Part shown: in pieces, positions 15,423-22,490 of the stretch
How the letters are laid out: the number at the start of each line of letters is the position of its first letter
Position numbering within the stretch: position 1 is the first letter of the stretch
Source: Ochrobactrum teleogrylli
GTDB taxonomy: Bacteria; Pseudomonadota; Alphaproteobacteria; Rhizobiales; Rhizobiaceae
Length of the DNA: 24,000 bases
Reading direction: 5' to 3'
Assembly (NCBI RefSeq): GCF_006376685.1
Contig: NZ_VEWL01000001.1
Span: forward strand, 351,869 to 375,868
Position numbers and translations under genes: made by a program
Notes under the pieces: generated by a model
Told to the model about the DNA's origin: nothing
What the model saw: the letters and a program-made list of their open reading frames with translations, nothing else
The model's database searches: none

Positions 15423-17414
15423 GTCGCCAAACAGATCGGCGATGATCTTCTTGGCGCGGGGAATGGAAGCCGGGCTCATGCTGAGCTCGGTCAGTCCCAT
15501 GCGGATAAATTCCGGGATCAAATCCGGCTTGCCTGCCGCTTCTCCGCACATGCCGACCATGATGCCCGCTGTCGTGGCTGCTTTCGCGGTCATTTCAATG
15601 GCCGCCATTACAGCTGGATGATGCACGTCGTTGAGCCTCGCGACCGTCGGGTTGAGACGGTCTGCCGCCATGACATATTGCGTCAGATCATTGGTGCCGA
15701 TGGAGAAGAAGGCGGATTCCTTGGCCAGCTGATCGGCTGCGAAAACCGCTGCCGGTGTTTCGATCATAACACCCAGTTCAAACGTGCCGTAAGGCTTGCC
15801 TTCTGCTGTCAACTCGCGCTCGCATTCGGCAATCAGGCTTTTTGTCGCCCGGATCTCCTCGATATCGGAAACCATCGGCAACATGACCTTCAGTTTGCCG
15901 TGCACTGAGGCGCGAAGCAGGGCGCGCAATTGCGGCTTAAACACCTCCGGGCGGTCAAGGCACATGCGGATGCCGCGCCAGCCGAGGAACGGGTTTTCCT
16001 CCTCGGGAAACTCGATGCCGGCGACGGGCTTGTCACCGCCGATATCGAGTGTGCGGACAATGACAGACTGGGGGGCGAAAGCGCGCAGAAGTGATGCATA
16101 GGTTTCCATCTGCATGTCTTCGGACGGCAAATGGATATGCTTCATGAACAGAAGCTCGGTGCGGAACAGGCCGACGCCCATCGCGCCTGCGGTCTGGGCC
16201 GCTTCGATTTCCTCCAAAGCGCCGAGATTGGCCGCAACCTCAATCACCACGCCATCGGCGCGGCGCGGCGTATAGTCACGATACTTGTCCAGCGCACGCT
16301 GTTCTTCCGTGGCCTTGGCAATGCGGCTTTCGATTTCGGCCAGAACGGTGGCATTCGGGTCGTGATGGACAATGCCCGCACTGCCATCGACGGCAACCTG
16401 TCGCGCTGTCTTCAGTCTATGAACAGCGTCGCCAAGTCCAAGCACTGCCGGGATTCCGTGCGTGCGCGCGATGATCGCGACATGCGAGGTCGCGCCGCCA
16501 TGGCCGCAAACCACGCCGCGAATGCGCTTCAGCGGTGCGCGGGCCAAGTCCCAAGCGCCGATGTCTTCGGCGATCAGAATGGCACCGTCCGGTAGTCCGT
16601 CGAGATTGAGGTCTTCCTGACCGAGCAAGGCGAGACAAATCTGGCGGCTGATTGCGTGCACATCGTCGGCGCGGGCATTGAGATAGGGATCGTCGAGGTT
16701 GGCGAATTGCTGCGCGACCGTCGAGGCAGCGCCGAGCGTTGCGGAGACCGCATCCATGCCGCCGCGAATAAGGGCGTGTGCTTCGTCCCGCAGGCTGTCG
16801 TCGGAGGCAATATCCTTCAATGCAGCAACGATGCCGCGATCACTTTCGGCGAGATCGTCGCGCGCGAGCGAATGTTCCATCCGCTCTTGAACAGTTGCGA
16901 CAGCGGCCTCGTAACGGCTGATTTCCGGTGCGATTTCGTGAGGTGCCAGCTTGCCGGTGCCGGGCGTGATTTCGGCAGGGAAAAACGGAAATGCCTCGCC
17001 AAGCGAAAGACCTTCACTGGCGGCAACGCCCTTGATCTGGCCTTCCGGCAACGCTGCAATCGCAACACTCGCGACCGGGGCGGTGACGGGAGCAGTCTCC
17101 ACCACCGCGGCAACGGCTGCGCCGTCATTTTCCTCAAGCCCCGCGCGCGGGTTTTCGAGATAGCCGATCAGCGCTTCCAGTGCTTCAATCGCGTCAGCCC
17201 CTTCGGCGCTGACGGTGACTTCGTCATTTTCCTTCACGCCAAGCAGCATGAGCTTAACGGAGCTTTTCGCGCTGACGCTTTTGCCGCTCTTTGCGATCTC
17301 GATATTACACTCGAACCCCTTGGCGAGCTTGACGAAACGAGTGGCGGGGCGCGCATGCAGCCCTTCATGCACCCGGACGATGGTGGAGCGTTCCATTTGA
17401 GAGCCTTGGATCAT
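15414..17414 (-). CDS. Fused HPr - Enzyme I (phosphoenolpyruvate-protein phosphotransferase), 666 aa
   Basis: N-terminal HPr domain (VHEGLHARPATRFV, GKSVSAKSSVKLMLLG). An Ala/Val-rich linker. Then EI with active-site GGATSHVAIIARTHGIPAV and C-terminal PEP-binding motifs FFSIGTNDLTQY and GMCGEAAG. The start is either 17414 or the ATG at 17396. Confidence 0.9.
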   Translation of the reverse strand: MIQGSQMERSTIVRVHEGLHARPATRFVKLAKGFECNIEIAKSGKSVSAKSSVKLMLLGVKENDEVTVSAEGADAIEALEALIGYLENPRAGLEENDGAAVAAVVETAPVTAPVASVAIAALPEGQIKGVAASEGLSLGEAFPFFPAEITPGTGKLAPHEIAPEISRYEAAVATVQERMEHSLARDDLAESDRGIVAALKDIASDDSLRDEAHALIRGGMDAVSATLGAASTVAQQFANLDDPYLNARADDVHAISRQICLALLGQEDLNLDGLPDGAILIAEDIGAWDLARAPLKRIRGVVCGHGGATSHVAIIARTHGIPAVLGLGDAVHRLKTARQVAVDGSAGIVHHDPNATVLAEIESRIAKATEEQRALDKYRDYTPRRADGVVIEVAANLGALEEIEAAQTAGAMGVGLFRTELLFMKHIHLPSEDMQMETYASLLRAFAPQSVIVRTLDIGGDKPVAGIEFPEEENPFLGWRGIRMCLDRPEVFKPQLRALLRASVHGKLKVMLPMVSDIEEIRATKSLIAECERELTAEGKPYGTFELGVMIETPAAVFAADQLAKESAFFSIGTNDLTQYVMAADRLNPTVARLNDVHHPAVMAAIEMTAKAATTAGIMVGMCGEAAGKPDLIPEFIRMGLTELSMSPASIPRAKKIIADLFGDLR

Positions 17415-17429
17415 GAATGCTTCTTGAGA

Positions 17430-17810
17430 TCAGTCGCTGATGACGATCATATGTCCTTCGCGCAGAACGGCAACCAAAGCGGCGCCGTCAACTTCGCTGG
17501 CACAGATTTCGCCCGGACGGTCGGTCGAGTCGGCCCCGGTAAACGATATCACCACATGGCCGATGTCACGCACTTTCTGCCAGGCGCTTGCTCCAACAGC
17601 GGTAATGTTTGCCGTTATGTCGCCAATGGTGATGAGCGCGCCAACCGGCGGCGCAGCTTCCTGCGGACCGTCTTCGACTGCATGCATCACCGAGACTTCC
17701 GCGAGTTCGGGCGGAGAGCCCTCTGCAAACAGGATCAGAACGCCGCCTTCGGCGAGATCAGCCACTTCGGGACCAATTGCGGTGATCCGTGTCTTGAGAT
17801 GTATCGGCAT
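17430..17810 (-). CDS. srlB: PTS glucitol/sorbitol-family EIIA (SrlB-like)
   Basis: MPIHLKTRITAIGPEVADLAEGGVLILFAEGSPPELAEVSVMH... is collinear with E. coli SrlB (MTVIYQTTITRIG...). I chose the ATG at 17810 (AAAGGA RBS) over the GTG at 17834 on the basis of homology. Confidence 0.85.
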   Translation of the reverse strand: MPIHLKTRITAIGPEVADLAEGGVLILFAEGSPPELAEVSVMHAVEDGPQEAAPPVGALITIGDITANITAVGASAWQKVRDIGHVVISFTGADSTDRPGEICASEVDGAALVAVLREGHMIVISD

Positions 17811-17839
17811 GGCGGCAGTCCTTTTCAATTTCACTCAAT

Positions 17840-17876
17840 CGGCATCCTCCAAAAATTGGGGAGATGAGGATGCCGA
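17840..17876 (-). other. Intercistronic stem-loop between srlE and srlB
   Basis: 10-bp perfect arms CGGCATCCTC / GAGGATGCCG with a 17-nt loop, inside the 127-nt srlE-srlB spacer. Confidence 0.35.
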
Positions 17877-17937
17877 AAATTAAAGGCAGAGATTGGGAGG
17901 AGCGGCCCGCCGCTTTGATGCGACGAGCCAGTTTGCG

Positions 17938-18942
17938 TCAAAGCACGGCGAGGCTGACGAGCCAGGCGATGAGCACCGAGACAGGGCCCATGATCTGGCG
18001 GCTGATCAGGATCGCAGGCACGCCGATTTCAATCGTCTTCGGTTTGGCTTCACCGAGCGCCAGACCCACTGGCACGAAGTCGCAACCGACCTGCGTGTTA
18101 TAGGCGAAGAGCGCGGGCAGGGCCATTGCCGGAGCGATGGTGCCATTGGCAATCTGCGGGCCGATAATGGCCACACCCACTACCTGCGCGATGACTGCGC
18201 CCGGTCCAAGGATCGGAGAAAGAAACGGCAAGCCGCAGATAGCCGACAGCACAAGCAGGCCAATGATATTGTTGGCGAGTGGTCCCATCGGCTGGGCAAG
18301 AATATCGCCGATGCCGGTGTAAAGAATGAGACCGATCAGCATCGTCACGAAAGCCATGAATGGCAGAACGTTGCGGATGACCTGATCGATGGTGCGGCGA
18401 CCGGCGTTGAAGAAAATGCCGACGACACGGCCCATGACGCGGCCGATCCGGCTGATCAGCCCGACAAGGCCGCCATCATTCGATGTATCGATTGGCGCTG
18501 CTGGCTTTTCGTCGGCCTTTGGGGCTGCGGCTGCAAAGGACGCGGTGGCGGCAGGAGCCTCGGAGCCATCGGCAGGAACGACATTTTCGGGCTTCACGCC
18601 GGAGACATAAATGTCTTCGGTAATAAACTGCGCAAGCGGGCCGGACTGGCCCACGGGCGTGAGATTGACGGTCGGGATGCGCTTGCGCGGATAGACGCCG
18701 CAACGGGCGGTGCCGCCGCAATCGACCACGACGACAGCCATTTCGCTTTCAATGGGCGGAGCGCGGAAACCGTCTACGGCTTCGCCTCCGGTCATTTCCG
18801 CGATCTGTCTGGCGAGCGGATGGATGCCGCCGCCGGTCACGGATACGATCTTGCTACGCTGTTCGGTGGGCTGGATGACAAGCGGTCCGCCCCAGCCACC
18901 GGAGCCGTGGGAAATTCTAACGGATTTGTAGGTTTTGGCCAT
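17938..18942 (-). CDS. srlE: PTS glucitol/sorbitol-family EIIBC (SrlE-like), 334 aa
   Basis: SHGSGGWGGPL, VVDCGGTARCGVYPRKRIPTVN, SGPLAQFITEDIYVSGVK, ILPFMAFV and LSPILGPGAVIAQV are collinear with E. coli SrlE. GGGAGG RBS. Confidence 0.9.
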   Translation of the reverse strand: MAKTYKSVRISHGSGGWGGPLVIQPTEQRSKIVSVTGGGIHPLARQIAEMTGGEAVDGFRAPPIESEMAVVVVDCGGTARCGVYPRKRIPTVNLTPVGQSGPLAQFITEDIYVSGVKPENVVPADGSEAPAATASFAAAAPKADEKPAAPIDTSNDGGLVGLISRIGRVMGRVVGIFFNAGRRTIDQVIRNVLPFMAFVTMLIGLILYTGIGDILAQPMGPLANNIIGLLVLSAICGLPFLSPILGPGAVIAQVVGVAIIGPQIANGTIAPAMALPALFAYNTQVGCDFVPVGLALGEAKPKTIEIGVPAILISRQIMGPVSVLIAWLVSLAVL

Positions 18943-18960
18943 GATGTCCTCCCGCGCGCC

Positions 18961-19737
18961 TTAAAGCTCGATGCCCTGACGGCGCGCCATGATGGCGGTG
19001 ATGCGTTCGGTGAGCATGCCTTTGAGCAGGATCACGACGAGGCCGACGATGGCGTACCAGATGGCCACATTGATGTGATAGCCATTGGCGACAGCGCCTT
19101 TCTTTTCCAGTTCAAGCAGCGCCACGAGTACGCCACCCCAGACGAAATATTCGCCGGGATTGATATGCGGGAAGAGGCCAAGTGGCGGATGCACATAGGA
19201 CACTGCCGCGTCGTAAAAGGCAGGCTTGTGCTTTTCCTCAAGGAACGAACCGAAGGTATAGGCCATCGGATTGGTCAGGAAGAACACCGACAGCACCGGC
19301 AGAACCGTATAACGGGTTAGCGCGATGCGGCCCGCCCCCTGTGCCAAACCGTGCACGCGCTTTTCGCCGACGAGTTCGGTGATTGCGTAGAAGGCGGTCA
19401 TCAGAACCACCAGGGTCGGAATGATGCCGGTCACGAAACCGGAAAACACTTCGCCACCCTTTTGGAAAATACCGATGAAGTGCTTGCCGATCGAGGCCAG
19501 CCAGCCCAGCTGTTCTTCCTGCGTGACGTTTTGCAGTCGTTCCTTGAACTGATCGACAGTCAGATTGTCCGTGCCGGTTGCCTGTGCAAGTTGCACAAGG
19601 TTATCGCTACCGTGTTCGACGGCTAGCTTGCCGTGAAACACCGCGTCCGTTGCTATGTTGGCGGCCATCTGGCTCGCCACATGCAAGGACTGTAAGGTCG
19701 TATCGGCGCCTTGCGCCAGCATTGCAGCTATAGACAT
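18961..19737 (-). CDS. srlA: PTS glucitol/sorbitol-family EIIC (SrlA-like) with an extra N-terminal region of about 75 aa
   Basis: The C-terminal ~180 aa (FIGIFQKGGEVFSGFVTGIIP..., LFPHINPGEYF) match E. coli SrlA end to end. I chose the start ATG at 19737 with a strong GGAGGAGGAG RBS, the same RBS as gutM. No in-frame ATG lies near the SrlA-homologous start. Confidence 0.85.
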   Translation of the reverse strand: MSIAAMLAQGADTTLQSLHVASQMAANIATDAVFHGKLAVEHGSDNLVQLAQATGTDNLTVDQFKERLQNVTQEEQLGWLASIGKHFIGIFQKGGEVFSGFVTGIIPTLVVLMTAFYAITELVGEKRVHGLAQGAGRIALTRYTVLPVLSVFFLTNPMAYTFGSFLEEKHKPAFYDAAVSYVHPPLGLFPHINPGEYFVWGGVLVALLELEKKGAVANGYHINVAIWYAIVGLVVILLKGMLTERITAIMARRQGIEL

Positions 19738-19813
19738 TTCTCCTCCTCCACGCCCGTCCTCGTCGGGCGATACCCCTTGAACATTGCCACCCAGTTCACG
19801 GTTGGACACACGC

Positions 19814-20242
19814 TCAGGCGTGCGCCAGCTTCAGTCCTTCGAGAGACGTGCCGTCGGATTGTTCGCGGATGCGGTCGATCTGGTCCATCGCCTGCTTTGC
19901 GGCAGCATTGACAGGTGACTTTTCGAGCGCTTCCTGTTCACGCCGCAAGGCATTGAGCGGCATGCCCTCATAGGCTTCCTGCCGCTTGAACTTCGCGAAC
20001 ACGGTTCGTCCGCTCATTTCGAGAAAGCGCCGGACCTTCAGGTCGCGGTCAACCACGATCATGACAATGACGCCTTTGCCGAAGCGCCCGCGTACATGGC
20101 CTGCACCCACGAATCCGTCAGAGTAGCGGGATGTGACGCCTTTCAGCACGTCGGAGTAATGGCGCATCTGAAACCAGACGCCCAGCGACTGGACCCCCCA
20201 TAAAAGAGCCAAAGCCAGTAAAGCCCATTGCCAGATAGCCAT
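19814..20242 (-). CDS. gutM: GutM-like glucitol operon activator (142 aa)
   Basis: N-terminal TM helix MAIWQWALLALALLWGV. Then VGAGHVRGRFGKGVIVMIVVD...LEMSGRTVFAKF, which matches the GutM pattern of E. coli (GRSSGRF...VVV...MKGLTVFA). ATG at 20242 with a GGAGGAGGAG RBS. Confidence 0.75.
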   Translation of the reverse strand: MAIWQWALLALALLWGVQSLGVWFQMRHYSDVLKGVTSRYSDGFVGAGHVRGRFGKGVIVMIVVDRDLKVRRFLEMSGRTVFAKFKRQEAYEGMPLNALRREQEALEKSPVNAAAKQAMDQIDRIREQSDGTSLEGLKLAHA

Positions 20243-20303
20243 TTTCTCCTCCTCCACCGGAGGCTTCGTGCGTCTTTGAGCGCCGCCAGTCTCCGTCTCT
20301 TCA

Positions 20304-20318
20304 CAGAACATTTGTTTT
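20304..20318 (-). promoter_or_regulatory. Shared operator-like motif, copy 3 (reads AAAACAAATGTTCTG toward gutM-srlAEB-HPr/EI)
   Basis: CAGAACATTTGTTTT on the plus strand is the exact reverse complement of 11065-11079. It lies 61 nt upstream of the gutM ATG. In the minus orientation it sits 6 nt downstream of a perfect -35 hexamer TTGACA (20330-20325), so it overlaps the promoter spacer and -10 region. Confidence 0.6.
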
Positions 20319-20422
20319 CTTAAATGTCAATATGTATAATTATGAGGTGAAGATTGCGGGAAGGACAAGCTGACAACGGTAGCGGTTTCGCATATGGTCT
20401 GTCGGCATTGGAGGCGTGGAAT

Positions 20423-21055
20423 ATGGATTTGCTTTTGAAGAACCAGATGACATCGATGCCGGACTTGCGGCGTCGCTTGCGGCAGTTGCGCTGGTTCAGG
20501 GCGACGTTTCGCAAACACGCCAGTCTTCTCCATGATGTCTATGGTGTCGATTATGAGATCGACGAGCAGAAACTGACGGAAGCTTTTCTGAACTGGGTAG
20601 AACTGGTCGAGCAGAACAAGCGTTATGCCAAGGTGGACCGCAAGGATTTCATCACCTTTGCCGCCGGGCTGGTTCTGCGTGAACTGATCCGCCTGTCGCC
20701 TGCCCGGGGGTTATTGATCCCGAAGGCGAACGAGGGCGAGAATACGCCGCAACACGACATTATCGCCTTCTGGCCGGAGGGGTTCCTCTATACCAATTAC
20801 TGCATTTGCGCGATTGCCGCCGTGCAGGAGCAGGAATTCGGCGTGGCACAGGATATCGACGCCTGTGCGGACGATTTGCGAACCTGGTGGTCTTACCGGG
20901 AAAACGTGGCCGACATGCCGGGCTATGCGATAGCCTTCCTCGACAAGTTTCTGGGTGGCGAGCCGAACTGGGTCATGCCCGATCTCGCCTCGGCCCGCGT
21001 GGCGGTGCAAAGGGCGCTCGGCGCGCAAAATCCGTCAGGCGCGATAAAGGGTTAG
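20423..21055 (+). CDS. Hypothetical protein (210 aa), no family recognised
   Basis: I chose the ATG at 20423 (GGAGG 8 nt upstream). MDLLLKNQMTSMPDLRRRLRQLRWF... No TM segment or signal peptide seen. It is divergent from gutM and convergent with acvB. Confidence 0.55.
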   Translation: MDLLLKNQMTSMPDLRRRLRQLRWFRATFRKHASLLHDVYGVDYEIDEQKLTEAFLNWVELVEQNKRYAKVDRKDFITFAAGLVLRELIRLSPARGLLIPKANEGENTPQHDIIAFWPEGFLYTNYCICAIAAVQEQEFGVAQDIDACADDLRTWWSYRENVADMPGYAIAFLDKFLGGEPNWVMPDLASARVAVQRALGAQNPSGAIKG

Positions 21056-21077
21056 CGCCTTTACCGGAAGTCGCCCG

Positions 21078-22490
21078 TCAGCTTGACGGGCGCGGCGGCA
21101 GACCGGCGCGTGCGCGCATTTTGTCGAGCAGGGCGGCTGCAATCGGCTCGTAGTTTTCGTCGAAGTGGTGGCCACCCGCCAGTTTCATGACGTCCATGCC
21201 CTTCAACTCGCTTGCCGTGCAGGCGGTGTCGTCTTCCTCCTCGCCATAGACGCAGACGACGCGGTCGAGCGGAATGCTGGAAATTGCCGGAACGACATCC
21301 TTGTCGCCATCCATGCCAAGCCAGCCTTCGATAGAGACCTGAAAGGTTGTCGTGGTTTCGACACCAAGCAGCCCGATCATTTTTGTGCGGTCCTGAATGG
21401 CTGGATCGAGATATTTCCACGCGAAGGGGAAAGTATCGGCCCCGAAGGAATAGCCAAGCACCGTAACAGGCAATTTCCCTGTCGGATCGGCCTTCCTGAT
21501 CATTGCCGTGGTGTCTTTGGCGATTTCTTCCGGTGTGCGCTCCGACCAGAAATAGCGCAGAGAATCGACGCCGATGACATGCACGCCATGCGCTTGCAGC
21601 CATTCGCCGATGGATTTGTCGAGATCGCGCCAGCCGCCGTCACCGGAATAGAAGACCGCGACCATCTCCGCATTGCCGCCCTTGGCGGGAAGATCGACAA
21701 TCGGCAGGGCTTCATTCTTGGCGTCCTGATCAGCCATGGCGACAATGTTATCAACCGCCATTTTCATGCGCGCCGGGAAATCCTTGGCGCTCTGGAGAAC
21801 GGCGATATTTTGTTGCCGTGCTTCGACCGGGTTGTTGGTCTCCGTTCCGGGAGGGGCGACCACCAGAGCAGGTGCTGGTATCTGGGCGCCAAAAGCATAG
21901 GTAAATGCACCATCCGGTGTTTTCGTCGCAGCCGCCTTTTCTGTACAGGAGGGCAGGCGGGTTTTCGCCGGGGCAGGGTCGAGCGAGACAGCGCCCGCAA
22001 TGGTCGCATCGGGCGAATCCGACGCCGCGGCATAGGCAATCGTCGCACCCTGGCCGATGCCGGTCAGCACCGGATGGAAATAGACATCGAGATCAAGCCC
22101 GCGCAGCGCTTCCTTGGCGATGGCCTCAAAATCGGAGTCGAGATAGTTGCACTCGCCGTCTTCCTTATCGAGCGAAGCACGCCATGGGCCGAGTTCAACC
22201 GGCAAAACGATCATGTTTTTCGCAAGCAACGCGTCCATATAGGCGCGCTCCTTCTCGCCGATGCCCGCCTCGTCGCTGAGAAGGATGGTAAGTCCGACCG
22301 GGTCACCGTTCGGCATATAGACCGGGATGTTCGACAGCCGTTCGGCGCTTGCATGAATGACCGGCTCCTCGGAGCCTGTAAGTTTGGTCCACATGCGGGC
22401 GATCTTGCCAGTATGCAGCGACGCGTAAACGCCCGCCGCTCCAAGCAGCACAAGCCCGACCACGGTAAAGAGGACGCGTTCTTTCTTCAT
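21078..22490 (-). CDS. acvB: AcvB/VirJ-family periplasmic protein (lysyl-phosphatidylglycerol hydrolase family)
   Basis: 470 aa. N-terminal signal/anchor [23 protein letters not shown]. The VirJ-type C-terminal region contains [13 protein letters not shown]...GYSFGAD. Its start overlaps the lpiA/mprF stop (ATGA), the classic lpiA-acvB arrangement of Rhizobiales. Confidence 0.85.
   Translation of the reverse strand: MKKERVLFTVVGLVLLGAAGVYASLHTGKIARMWTKLTGSEEPVIHASAERLSNIPVYMPNGDPVGLTILLSDEAGIGEKERAYMDALLAKNMIVLPVELGPWRASLDKEDGECNYLDSDFEAIAKEALRGLDLDVYFHPVLTGIGQGATIAYAAASDSPDATIAGAVSLDPAPAKTRLPSCTEKAAATKTPDGAFTYAFGAQIPAPALVVAPPGTETNNPVEARQQNIAVLQSAKDFPARMKMAVDNIVAMADQDAKNEALPIVDLPAKGGNAEMVAVFYSGDGGWRDLDKSIGEWLQAHGVHVIGVDSLRYFWSERTPEEIAKDTTAMIRKADPTGKLPVTVLGYSFGADTFPFAWKYLDPAIQDRTKMIGLLGVETTTTFQVSIEGWLGMDGDKDVVPAISSIPLDRVVCVYGEEEDDTACTASELKGMDVMKLAGGHHFDENYEPIAAALLDKMRARAGLPPRPSS

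Noticed and set aside
16656-17867. 403-aa ORF on the plus strand
   Set aside because: It is antisense to the HPr-EI and srlB genes. It shows no motifs and has a biased composition.
17893-19320. 475-aa ORF on the plus strand
   Set aside because: It is antisense to srlE and srlA, both of which are collinear with E. coli homologues. Its Arg/Asp/Gly/His-rich composition fits a shadow ORF.
19738-19809. Longer srlA ORF start (19809). Likewise the longer gutM start (20311), the SBP start (5215), the LacI start (1463) and the 20354 start of the hypothetical gene.
   Set aside because: Internal ATGs with strong Shine-Dalgarno sequences and agreement with homologue N-termini are better supported. The longer forms run into promoter or operator sequence or into the upstream gene.
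6170-20318. Interpretation of the PTS/DRL/aco block as a recently acquired genomic island
   Set aside because: There is no integrase, transposase, tRNA, flanking direct repeats or visible compositional shift. Codon style looks like that of the flanking genes. Horizontal origin cannot be supported from this window alone.
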